From contig OX597814.1 of the NCBI GenBank assembly GCA_951406725.2, positions 25,978,001-26,042,000 on the forward strand: a stretch of 64,000 nt of DNA, written 5' to 3'. Made by a program: the position numbers and the translations under genes. Shown here piece after piece: positions 41,628 to 54,714 of this stretch. This DNA comes from Octopus vulgaris (taxonomy: Eukaryota). The notes beneath the pieces were generated by a model that saw only the letters and a program-made list of their open reading frames with translations, ran no database searches and was not told the DNA's origin. Numbering within the stretch: position 1 is the stretch's first letter; the number at the start of each line of letters is the position of its first letter.

Positions 41628-42826
41628 GTCTCAGACCAAACAATGTATTGAGAATTAGTTTGATGGAAACTGTATGGAAGCCTATCATATATATATCTGT
41701 GTGTGCATGTGTTGTGTGTGTATCTTTATGTTAGTCCCCACACAGCTTGATATCCTGTGCTAGTTGTTTACGTTTCCCATAACCTAGCATTTCAGCAAAA
41801 AATATTCTGATATAATAACTACTAGACTTAAAAAGAATAAAAAGTAATAAATGAATTTGCTCAACTAAACTTTCCAATGTGGTGCCCCAGTATGGCCACA
41901 GTTGAATGGGTGGAACTAGTAAAAAAATAAAAGAGCATCTTTCTCCCATAAATCTAATGGAAAATACATAACACTTTTCAGTTAATGGTTGTTTAAATTT
42001 CAAGATGATGATGCAAACTAGATTTGCAAAAAATTAATGTCACCAAAAAACTGTTAATAAATATTTTTAACATAAAATTATTTTCTATACTGTGAAATGT
42101 TTTCTGAAATTACTGATTTACAGTTTACTTACAAGCACACTTTTTCTATATTTGTTTGGAGAAAGGGCTCAGCCAAAAACATCATCAATCACTTCTTCTC
42201 CAGACAAACAAATTTATTATATGCTATGTTACTACTTTTAGGGAAATGATCCTGCTATAAAACATTTTCCATGCAATTTAGGCCAATAAAAATATTTTCA
42301 GAATCTCAGAAAATGGATGTAAATAAGAAATTACATTAATGCTTGGCTTAACTTGTAATCAATAAATTAAACTGAAGTCTTTCAAAAAGTTTAGCTGCAA
42401 GACATCAGTCTATAAAAGAAATTTTAAAGTGAGAACCAAACTTGTTAACCTTTTATTTTTGAATTCTTTCTTTCATTATAAAAAATATTAAAATTTTCTT
42501 TCAAAGAACTTCATGTTTTTCATTATATCATCATCATCATCATGGCACCAGTACTTAAAATTACCCAGTACACTCTGTAAAGTGGTTAGCATTAGGAAGG
42601 GCATCCATATATAGAAACCTAACCAAAACAGACAGTGGAACCCAGTGCAGCCCCTGGCCTTGCCAGCTTCTGTCAAGCCATCCAGCCCATACAAGCATGG
42701 AAAACAGATGTTAAATGATGTGTTCAGTCTAAATGCGATGATTTTTATGTCTCTTTTACTTTTCAGGAACAACTTGATGCATTGATGAACAGTCAGCCTC
42801 ACTGGAGAGCATAAAGACTAAAGGTG

Positions 42827-43438
42827 TCATCATCATCATAGTTTAATGTCCGGCATGGCATGGGTTGGACAGTTTGTCTGATGTCTGGAGAGCCAGCAAC
42901 TGCACCAGGCTCCAATCTGATCTGGCAATGTTTCTACAGCTGGATGCCCTTCCTAACGCCAACCACTCCAATAGTGTAGTGAGTGCTTTCTAAATGCCAC
43001 TGGCACAAGAACCAGTCAGGTAAGCCTGACATCGATCATGTTCAGATAATGCTTTTCACATGCCACCAGGCACAGGGGCCAGTCAGGGGCTACTGGCAAC
43101 GCCCACATTCAGATGGTACTTTTTACATGCCACAAGCATGGGGCCCAGTCAGGCGGGCTTGGCATCAATCATGTTCAAATGGTGCTTTTTATATGCCACT
43201 GGCATGAGAGACAGTCAGGCAGTGCTGGCATCAGCCACATTTGGATGGTGCCACCAGAACAGAAGCCAGTCAGAGGACACTGGATACAGCTATGATTTTG
43301 GTTTTACTTGACTCAGCAGGTCTTCTCAAGCATATCATATTGCACGATGCATCAGGGGTACTTTTAAAAGGGCCAGACATGCAATACTGGCATTGGCCAT
43401 GGCTGTGATCTCACTTTAGTTGCCAGGTCATCTCAATC
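42827..43438 (-). mobile_element. SINE-like repeat with an expanded internal array of about 66-bp units
   Basis: Tail catcatcatagtttaatgtcc; ggatgcccttcctaacgccaaccactcc; units beginning tgccac at about 42995, 43060, 43128, 43194 and 43249. Confidence 0.7.
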
Positions 43439-45063
43439 AACTAAATGTACATATCTGCTTTATCAAAGGACACTAAGACACTTTTCCTGCAGAAACACAT
43501 GTCAGAATGGAATCTGAAGAAAATACTTTAATAGATAAATTTTGAAGATGCATTCTTCCTTATGATGTCTTGATTACATACTCTGAATACTACATGAAAT
43601 CCAGTGAAGCAAACTGAGAATTTACCAACCAAATGAAGTACATTTTAATTGTTTATCTTAAAAACAATTTTAAATGTTCCCTATCTTTTAATGTGGTTAG
43701 CCAGATCTGGATTGTATTAGAGTGCTCATAAGGTAGCTGCCTGGATTTTAAATCCCTATTTCTTTATATCATATACAGATATGAAAGAAGACAGTTTAAA
43801 GTCATATATACAAAATAGTATAACAAAATGTAATTGTGGATTTCAAGGGATTTAAAAAGATTTCTCTCCCTGTTAGTATTTACATAAGAGACATCTATAC
43901 TTAGAAAATTGTAGTAAGCTGAATTTTTAGGACTTAATAGTTTGTATCATATCATCTGATCACTAATGTTTATGAGTAACACACTTTACTCTCAAATATC
44001 CAAGAATACCAGTATGTAAATAGGTATTATGTAGAGGTATAAGTCATAAGAACAAAAAACCATGTATAATTCAATAGCATTTTATTAGCTTCTTATGTCA
44101 TGTAAAGATGTTCATCTGATTGTTGCTTGGAGAAAGAAAGAGATGAGCTCCATCAGACTGATTTGATCTCTAGTTAAACATTATACTTTAAGGAACACTT
44201 TATGACACAATTAGTTATAAGCCCCTGTCAAACAATGCACATTGTCTGTTCAGAGAAGGTCAATGAGCTCCTGACATTTAATTCATTCTTTTAAGCATCT
44301 CTATTGTTTCCAAGAGACAGGAATGTAACAAGCTTTATTACTGGCAATCACAGATAAGTGATACTGAAGTGCATAAAAAAAAAGATGCTATTATTATACT
44401 GCTCGGCAAAAAACATGCCACCTCCCTCTGCTTTGCCTCAGTTTCTCTGACTGACAACAAGTTGACTCCTACACCATGGTTGAAGGGTTAGCTATAGTGA
44501 TTGCCTCCGGCTATAAAAAAAAATGTTTATTGTAACAGAAAAATAGAATTAAAATTTAAAAAATTACCGTAGCTTAGTTAATGGGTTGGTATTTAATTAA
44601 AGTGGAATTAAATGATGATAAGTGGTGCAGGATTGGCAGTAAATTTTTCAAATAGCCAAGTTCACAAAACAGATTAATTCTCACTCTGGTTATGTAAAAT
44701 TCTTAGACTTCAGATTAGCCAAAGAAACAGAATATTATATCAACATATCCCACAGCCAAAGAAATTATGATAATATGTCAAAAACATGTGGAAGCAAATT
44801 TAATACTAGCTACACTATTCGATAGTCTTTGGACCTTGTTTACACTTCAGGCAAATCCTACTGAAATTCTGGCACCCACAAGTTGACTGAGTGGGTTCTG
44901 GATAGTGATCTAAGCAGGGTAATCCCATGTGCTTGACCTTTCTTCTTTGTGTGTTCGAAAACTAGCCACAGGGCTTTTTCTCCTCCTGCTCTATCTATTC
45001 TGTAGAACGTGCTTCTTTTTCAGATTTATGATTTACTGATGATATATATATATATGTATATAT

Positions 45064-45129
<66 letters not shown>

Positions 45130-46089
45130 AGATGTACTTATGGTTTCTTTTATGTGAGTAGTCATGCAAATCTCTCTGCAGGAATTTGCTCTGTCCTCCT
45201 CTCTCACAGCAACCCCCTCATCTACTAACATGAAGCTGATACCTCATCTGCCTCTAGACTCATATTCTGTGAAGGGCATGGCAACCCCAATTGTGCAAGT
45301 GGCACAAAAAAAAAACACACAGTCCACACTGTAAAGTGTTTGGTGTTAGAAGGGCATCCAGCCACAAAAACCATGCCAAAGCAAACCCTGGAGCTCAATG
45401 CAGTCCTGGTGCACATTGGTGTTGCCAAACTGTCCAACCCATGACAGCATGAAATATGGACATTAAATGATGTTAATAATTTATAGTCTGCCATCCTATA
45501 TCCTATTATCTGTTATTGCATAAACAAATGCTATTGTACTTCAAACGTAACTGTAAGAAAATAAATCTCTCACAAAACTATTAATACAGAAGATATATTT
45601 AACTCCTTCGCAGTCGCACAAACTTTTCAAAGAACATGTAAATTACTAAGCACATGACGATGACGACGACGACGAGGAGGAGCAAGAAGAGGAGGAGGAA
45701 AGAAAAGGTCATTGTATTCTTAGCAGTACAAATAAAGTTAAAACAATTGAAATAAGCAGAATGGTTGTTGTTCAGCACTAAATCAACCCTGACTGAACTG
45801 ACCTTATGATTAAACATATATCCATCCATGACCACGTTGTCTTTTTGACAGCATGGCCTTTCATTTTCCCCAAAATAGAAAAGTTTGATTTGAGAGAAAT
45901 TTGGCAACTATTTCTGACAGGTAGAATGATCATGTTGAAGTTCCTCCAAGTGCAGTGATAATGAACTTATATGTGTGTCAGCTGCGACATGTTGTAGGTT
46001 TATCAGAGATAAACAATGGATTTTGAAAATCTCCCAACATCATCATCATGGGTTAAATAGAATTTGTGGAAGCAAATTTTCTATGCCAG

Positions 46090-46180
46090 ACATGTGTGCA
46101 TCAGTGTGCATGTGTATGTATGTGTGCATGTATGTATGTATGTATGTATGTATGTATGTATGTATGTATGTATGCGTGTA

Positions 46181-46237
<57 letters not shown>

Positions 46238-46312
46238 AGGGCAAGACCACTAGATAGTCGGCCGTATGCTAGAAATAGATCATCAACGATCAAACTACAA
46301 AGAAAAGAATGT

Positions 46313-46378
<66 letters not shown>

Positions 46379-46691
46379 CATGTATGTATGTTTGTATGTA
46401 TATATTCTGCATATTCATGTGTTTGTGTGTGTGTGTGTTTGAGTGTGTATCTCTGCTCCTTGTGTGTGCATATTTGAGTGCATCTATGTGCATGGGTTTG
46501 TGTGACTATGTACATGTGTCTGTTATGTATAGATGTGTATCTCCATATATATCCCTGTATGTAAAGTGTGTATATGTGTATATGGTCATGTGTTTCAGTC
46601 TTCATTCGCGTATGTATGTGTGTATGTGTGTGTACTTGTCTGTTCGTATTACCTATGTACCTATCTATCTGTTTACTTACATATCCATTTA

Positions 46692-46761
<70 letters not shown>

Positions 46762-46762
46762 C
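46090..46762. repeat. Compound microsatellite block (TGTA, TG, TA, TC)
   Basis: Direct reading of the sequence. Confidence 0.9.
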
Positions 46763-47981
46763 TACATAACAGCCTACGAACAACTCTACCTGCATATAAG
46801 CTGTGGGCATTTGGGTATGACTGCCTTCTATGTATATTTCCTATTCAATAATGGAGATGTTTCATTTATGAGGATGTACTCTTGTATTTGTCTGAGTGTT
46901 GGATCCTTTGGGTGCTTGGATAAAATGCAGATGTCAAGTTGACCCAGTGTGCCTCCATGTTGGTCTTTGGCAATTGGCAGAGTATGGAGGAATGCTTTTT
47001 GTCAACAACTATTGAAAAGGTTGCAAGATGCAACGAAAACTTTAGAAAAAATAAGTAAGTAAATGAGTGGAAATCGAACTGGTGAGTGTGTTAAGTAACA
47101 AGGCACTATAAGAGAATGACTCTCCCAAGACACAATAAAATATGCTTCAACACACGAATTCACATAAAGAATCATGCAAACCAAATACTAAAATGAAATA
47201 TAAATATATATATATATGATGTTCTCAAAAAGATTTACGCCCACCTCATCCTCAGCAGAACTGAGTTCTGGAAGCACTATATTTTTGGCTTTCCACTTGT
47301 TACAGTGAATCCCCATTCCCTATATACTATGTCTACCTCTTCCTTTACCCTCTTTCTTGTCCTCTCTCCACCAGCAACTGTATTATTTTTGCTACACCTA
47401 CTACTCACTGTCTCCCACTCTCCTGTATCCCTTTATCATCCCCAGGTCATAGCGTTTTTCTTGCCTTATCCTCCCTTCAACCTTACCCATTTTGGCAGTC
47501 TACCCACACTCCTCATTCACCTTCTCATATAATCTTACAACATAACCACCTACTCTCCTAGTTCTACTCAGCTTGTGCCTTGTGAGGCAACCTAGGCACC
47601 TTTTCATCATTATCTATGTCTTACAGCTCCTACAGATCATTTTTACTTCTTCCTCCACTTTGTTTCTATACTAGAAGTGAGTAGACATTAGATCCCTTAA
47701 CAGGAACCAGATCAGCCACCTCTTTTATAGTAATCCCCTCATTCTCTAGCATGAAACCTGACCTTCCTCCTTACCACTACCACCTACCTCAGGGCTCATA
47801 GTTCTGAAAACTGCATACTAACCTGAATAGTGTTGGTAGTGCAAAAAAGAAAGCACCCAGTTCAAGCTGTAAAGAGGTTGGTATTAGGAAGGGCATCCAG
47901 TCATAAAACTCATGCCAATGCAGATACTGGAGTTTGATGCAGTCCTTGAACACAGCGATTCCTGTGTGGTGATGATAATTA

Positions 47982-48382
47982 TACTCTTTTACTCTTCTAC
48001 TTGTTTCAGTCATTTGACCATGGCCATGCTGGAGCACTGCCTTTAGTTGAGCAAATCAACCCCAAGACTTATTCTTTGTAAGCCTAGTACTTATTCTATC
48101 GGTCCCTTTAGCCGAACCACTAAGTTAAACGTGCATAAACACACCACCATTGGTTGTCAAGCGATATTGGGGGGGGACAAACAAACACACACACACACAC
48201 ACACATATATGCATATATGCGACGGGCTTCTTTCAGTTTCCATCTACCAAATCCACTCACAAGGCTTTGGTCGGCCCAATGCTATAGTAGAAGGCACTTG
48301 CCCAAGGTGCCACACAGTGGGACTGAACACAGAACCATGTGGTTTGTAAGCAAGCTACTTACCACACAGCCACTCCTATGCC
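47982..48382 (-). mobile_element. Full-length tRNA-derived SINE (same family as 38445-38838)
   Basis: The reverse complement begins ggcataggagtggctgtgtggtaagtagcttgc and ends gactgaaacaagtagaagagtaaaagag. Confidence 0.85.
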
Positions 48383-48387
48383 TATAG

Positions 48388-48493
48388 AAAATATGGAACG
48401 CTTCACAAATTTTCATGTCATCCTTGTGCAGGGGCCATGCTAATCTTCTCTGTATCATTCTGATTTTAGAATATGTACAGCCGTAGCTAGTAT
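48388..48493 (-). pseudogene. U6: U6 snRNA retrocopy / pseudogene
   Basis: Minus strand tactagctacggctgtacatattctaaaatcagaatgatACAGAGAAGATTAGCATGGCCCCTGcacaaggatgacatgaaaatttgtgaagcgttccatatttt is colinear with U6 (ACAGAGA box, AGC triad). Substitutions cluster at CpGs. Confidence 0.92.
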
Positions 48494-50150
48494 TATGATG
48501 ATGATGTTTGTGAACATAGACACAACAGGTTTCTTTTAGCTTGTCTGCCAAATCGGTTCACTGCACTTTGGTTGACCCAGCATTGTAGTAGAGGACACTA
48601 GCTCTAGGTGTCGTGCATTGGGACTAAAGCTAAAATCACATAGTTGAGAAGCAGGTTTATTAACCAAACCATATAGTCACACCTACACATGTCATGCCAT
48701 AAAGGCAGATGCATATATCTGTAAGCATCTACTTAAAGCAAAGAAATATGTTGAATTACTAGTGGATAAAAATGTTTCTTTCTATTGCTATAATGTACAT
48801 CTCTACATATCTATTAGCCAACATTGTATGCACACAAATGTAAATCATACGTCTATGTGATATGTTTGCAAATATAAAAAGAAAGAACAGCTGTATATCT
48901 CCATGTCAATTCTAGTTGGAATCTTTTTTCTGTCCTCAAACATATTGTATAAAACTATTGTTTACACTTATTACAAATAGTGTTGGCTGTATGGTTGAAA
49001 AGTTTACTTCCCAACCACATGACTTTGGGTTCATTCCTACTGAACAGCACCTTGAGCAAGTGTCTTCAGTTGTAGCCCCATGCTGACCTAAGCTTTTTGA
49101 GTGGATTTCGTCTGTGGAAAACGAAATAACCTCTCATATATTTAGTATAGGTGTATGGTGTTTGTGTCTCTTTATAAACAAATAGTGACCTCATTTCCAA
49201 TGTTCCATAAAAACGTGTTCACCTACAAAGAAATATGGCATTGCTTGGAAACAGGTGAGAGCTTCTGGCCAAAGAATTCCATCTGATACATAATAGCACA
49301 GAAAGTCATGATAATGATGGTAGTGGTGGTCGTGGAGCTTGTGGTGCTTGTGATGGTTGTAGTTGTTGTTGTTGTTGTTGTTGCTGCTGCTGCTGCTGCT
49401 GTTGTTGTTGTTGCTGTTAAGCAACAAGATGGGTAAGGGTGATTAGGTGATGGTCTAGGGCTTAGGGGCTGGAGACCCCCAGACCTTGGAAAAAAAAAAC
49501 TTTGATTGTCTTGTTGTAGTCAAGGGCTCTTCGTTGATGCCCGACACCATTGGGAGGTGGCCCTCGAAGTTGCTGGAAATGGAGATTTCCAGGTCCAAAT
49601 TCTTGAACGGCTGCTGTTGCTGATGATGATGATGGGGGAGGAGAGGGGGGAGGCGGCGGAGGAGAAGGAGGATATGTTCTTTAGTACACTATATCAATGA
49701 AACAAAACACAGTTAACACACCAGCGAATTAGTAACTGAGCCAGCTACCAAGAAAGTATTAAATATGAAAATTGATCTATCCTAGTTTATTTTATCCCGT
49801 AGTATTTGATAGTTTATAAGCAATGTGTTTCTGAATTGTTGTAGAGAATGCATTGTTACTGACAAAGAGACTCTTCTAGAATGAAAACATGCATGTACAA
49901 CTGTTGTCATTTTTTTTTTTCTGTTTACAAACATATTGTATAAACGTTTGTTTACATTCATTGTAACATGCAGAGCTGACTGATATATTCATAGACATAT
50001 TCTATCATATGTTGGTAGCATAGCAAAAATATATACATACATAGAAGTGAAGTGTCACTCCAGTAATAAGATTATCAAAGAGATTGCAACTTCAACATGC
50101 TGAGCTAAAATAGTTCACCATCATTGATTTAGAGAAAGACTGGTAGTCTT

Positions 50151-50272
<122 letters not shown>

Positions 50273-52990
50273 TACCCATTATAATGTTTCCTCTGCTGTT
50301 CTGTTTTATTGCTAAGAATAATAGAAGTGATAACAATACTAAGTTGTGCAGGTATGTGGTTTAAAAAGCTTATTGTTTCAGGTAACACTAGTGGACATTA
50401 TAATGCCATTTTTTACCCCACAAGACAACTTTGATCCAATGTGTCATTACTTTTCTTAAGAAAGTAGGGTCTAATTTGAGGAAGATCTCACTGTTATTTC
50501 AAGCAGGCCCAGCTAGTAATGATGATAGGTAGTTTGAAATTCCTATTGTCTAAGATGATGGTAGTAGGGGTTCTGAGCGGTAGCAGTGATAATGTTTAAG
50601 CTGATCATTGCAATGAATTGCAGTTTTGCTGATGGTATCAATGATGATGATAGTAATGATAATGATAATGATGATGCAGTGGTGGAAATGGCAGCAGTGA
50701 TGGTGGGGATGGTGAGGATGAGGAGTAGGAGGAGGTGAAGGAGGATGGCTATAGTGGTTATCACGGCTGTTTACCTTATTTTATAAAATCGATACTGTGC
50801 TATATTTTAAACAATTTAGGCCATTCTATTAGATCCTTACAATCAACAAATGTTGGATCATAAACCCTTAATGATGGTAAAAAAAATTAATCATTTGCTA
50901 AAACACAAGCTCATCTACATACGTGAACTCACATGTGTATGCATGCATGCACATGCACTCATGCATACACACGTGCACACACAAACAAACACATACATAT
51001 GCACATACACACATTAATATTCTCACACACAGAGACACACTGCCATACACAAATACACTATTGTGTGAAAATTAAATAACTGATAATGGTTATTGTGATG
51101 ATGGTTGTAATGATGAGGATAAGAACAAGGATGGAGATAATGATAATGATGATGATGAGGAGGAGGGGCTATTTATATTGATACGACTAATACATTGAAA
51201 CAACTAATGATATCAATCAACTATTGGTTGCATACCATTAATTGTAGTAAGTTACTTTGGCATGGATGGAATTCTCAAGAATTAGACAACACATAAAGGT
51301 AATTAAAGGAAAATGAAGAAAAAATATTTCAAACAGAAAACTAATAAAATATAAATGTAAGGAATTAGGCTGCAACAAGAAATTTCATTAACAATCATCC
51401 TTTAATTATCAAAGGAACCACACCTTAATTATTTGTTTATTTATTTTGCTAGTAATTCAAATCTTAATTTCTCTTTCAAGGTTTTGGTAAAGCAACTAAT
51501 GAAGATGGCTAAGACAGAACAATACTTTACACCAAGTGATTCAGCCTTTTAGGTTTCTTCATTTTCTCTATTCAAATCCAACTTGATTCAGGTTTTCTAT
51601 CCTTTTCATTGGGCTAAACAGAATGCATAGTTAATATATATGAACCTGAATAGTGCAGATCTAACCAAATAAAATCAATATTTATCTTTAAAATGTGAAT
51701 AAAATACAAGTTATCCACTTACCCTATGAAGATACATGGCCCAGAGGCTAGAGTACCAAATTCATGATTGTTAGATTATAAGTTTATGTTATATTCTCAG
51801 ACAGGCAGTTTGTTGTGTCCTTGAACAATGTACTTCATTTTATATTGTCAGTGAACTCAGTGCTATCTTAGAGCATGGATACACTGAGCAGCGACCAAGG
51901 AACTTTCACTAGCCTAGGATCCCAATTGTGATCTATATATACCCAAAAACACCCATAGCCCACAGCAGAAGTGTTAAGGTTACTCCCCTGGTGAGAATCC
52001 TGTGTTGGTGTCGTCATGTAAAAAGCACTCGTGCCAGTGTCACATAAAAGCACTTGTTCTGGCACCATGTTAAAAGTAACCAGCGCACATTGCAAAGTAG
52101 TTGGTGTTAGGAAGAGCCTTCAGTCATAGAAACCAAGACAAATCAGACTGGAACCTGATGCAGCTCTCCATTTTACCAGCTCTGGTCAAACCATCCAATC
52201 CATGCCAGAATAGAAAATGGACATTAAAGGATGATGATGATGATGTATACTATGATTCGTTATGAATAAATAAATAAATGCTTTAGGGCTCAGTATAAGG
52301 ATTTGCCTGGGAGCCCATAATGTTGTTATGATGGCCCTTGTACACTGAGATGTAAATGATTACCAGTGGCACTTTGGGGTTAATGTTGCAACAGAGCAGA
52401 ATCACATTCAGTGGGAAGTCTTATGTTGTCACTTTAAATACCTTGAAAGTATGGATAAGCTCCAGCCATATGAGCAGGTAGACTAAAGACTGATCACTTA
52501 TCCTGATGCAACTTATAGCCTGTCTTTTATTTTTTATCCCTTACAATCTACATTATGTATAATATACATGTTATAATATACATAGAAGTTTTATTTCCAT
52601 TGATATAATTTGACATCAGCACTGAGAATTTGTCAGTAATAAAAAGCATTATAGACTGAATATACATTACTTTAGATTAGACATATTGAAGTAGAAATAA
52701 AAATGCTAAATAAATGTATCAGAAGTGGTTAAAGTAAGAAATAATGTTGTGCAGAAGAAATAAAGAAAATATAAAAATAATTTTTAGAACAATCAAACAC
52801 TGTTGTTATTATTGTCTTCATCATAATCATAATCATCATCGTCAGTTGCAGTAACATCACTGTCATCATCATCATCATCGTCGTCGTCGTCATCGTCATT
52901 CTTATTGTCAACATCATCACCATTGTTGCCATCATCAACATTGACATCACCATCATCATTTACATTTTAAGATACGTTTCTTGTCTATAT

Positions 52991-53410
52991 GTGTGGATAT
53001 CTGGTTAAGAAGTTTTCTTCCCAACTACAGCATGACATCTTGGATAAGTGTCTCCTACTATAGCCCCTGGGCAACTAAACCTTGTGAATTGATTTGGTAG
53101 ATAAAAACTGTAAGATGATCATTGTATGTATATTTGTATAAATCATATGTGTGTATGTGTATGTATGAGTATGTTAGTGTGTTCTTGTCTTTAAATTGTA
53201 GAAGTTGTAAACAAGTTTCATCGTAGAAGAGGTACCCTTTGTTTCCAATTTTCTGTGAGAACATGTTTAGTCATAGGGAAATTTATCTTTCTTGGAAACA
53301 AGTGAGGGTTAGCAATAGGAAGGTATCTGGCTGTAGAAAATCTGCCTCAGCATATTCTGTCCAATCCATGCAAGCATAGAACAGTGGTTGTTAATCTTAT
53401 GATGAAAATT
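52991..53410 (+). mobile_element. tRNA-derived SINE with RTE-like tail
   Basis: Decayed head, ccttgtgaattgatttggtagataaaaactg, then cttggaaacaagtgagggtt...ccatgcaagcatagaa; same family as 13925-14560 and 19510-19940. Confidence 0.65.
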
Positions 53411-53660
53411 ATGATGATGATGGTGAGGAGGAGGAGGAGGAGGAGGAGGAGGGAAGAGGAACGGAGGAGAGGATGGATGAAGAGGAGAGGAGGAAGGAGG
53501 AGCGGAGGGGAGGAGGGGGCAAGGGAAGGAGGGGTGAGGTGACGAGGAGGAAGAGGAGGAGGTGGTGGTGGTGGTGGTGGTGGTGGTGGATGAATAGGAG
53601 GAGGTAGATGGGAAGGAGGAGGTAGAGGAGGAGGTAGGGGAGGAGGAGGAGGAGGATGAA
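53411..53660. repeat. (GAG)n/(GTG)n low-complexity tract
   Basis: Direct reading of the sequence. Confidence 0.9.
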
Positions 53661-54714
53661 AAGGTGGAACATACAGTCAATGTACAAGAAAGTGAGTATA
53701 AGATGGAATATGGACTGAGGAAGGAGAGATGTGGGTAGATAAGTTCACAGAAGTGGGAGAGAAGAGTATTAGGTGCTTAGAGAGTGGGGTAGATGTTTAT
53801 ATAGTGAGTAATGTACAAGGGTGGATGTGTGGTTGATGATAAGTATAATGTGAGGGAGGATGTATATGAAATAGCTCAGAAAGAAGTGGGTAATTAATGG
53901 CAGTAAAAGAAGTGGTTGGAGAGTTGCAGTATTATAAGTCTGTGAGCAGATCAGAAAATAGGGAAAGTGTGTAAAGATATTAGAAAATAGGTGGGGGTGA
54001 GAGAGTGAGAAATGTACAGAGATAGAATTCAGAGATATGAAGCGGTGACTATAGTGACCTGGAACAGATATGAGGGGGTGATGAGAGTAGTATCAAATAT
54101 GAGAGGTTGTTAGAGATGAGATACAGCAGCCCTAAAATGTTACTCGAAGAAGAGGGAGAGATTGCTAGATGCAGAGAAAAGGGTGAGTGAGCAGTGGAAA
54201 ATAAAAAATAGGATGAGTGATAGACGTTAAAGGAAGCGATTCCAGGCAGAAGTAACAAGTAGCATAAAGGGAAAGTAATATGTGCAGTGTTTGCTGTCAT
54301 ATGATTACAGCAGCTGTATAGTGCCATTGCTAAAGCAGTGATGGAGGAATGGGTGTTAAAAGACGAGAGATTGAGAAAGCTTGACAAGGATAAATTGGGT
54401 GCAGGAACAGGGCCCAGTAAGTGTGTAGACATAAACCTAATGCTTTTAGGATCTCACTTTCACTCTGACAGACAGGTCTTGAGTGAAAAATGTCAAATGA
54501 TCGAAGTAGAAATTTAACGAAAATATAAAACTAAAGAAGTTGTGACTAAAAGTAATGAGGAGTGATCTCAGAATGTTTAGCTTCACAAAGGAGATGACAA
54601 AGGATCATGACAATTGGAGAAATGCAATATTGAATCTAATCATCCAAGCTTGGCCATCAGGGAAAAACAGACATAAAAAGGATGGTGATAGTGATAACTG
54701 TCTTTCAAAATTAA

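Noticed and set aside
42980-43300. CRISPR-like periodic repeats
   Set aside because: The whole unit repeats with divergence and has no unique spacers; the context is eukaryotic and there are no cas genes.
45975-46942. Stack of overlapping ORFs up to 180 aa
   Set aside because: Dinucleotide and tetranucleotide repeats lack stop codons; artefact.
48388-48493. Functional U6 gene
   Set aside because: It has many substitutions at conserved positions, CpG decay, and a decayed SINE rather than a recognisable promoter upstream.
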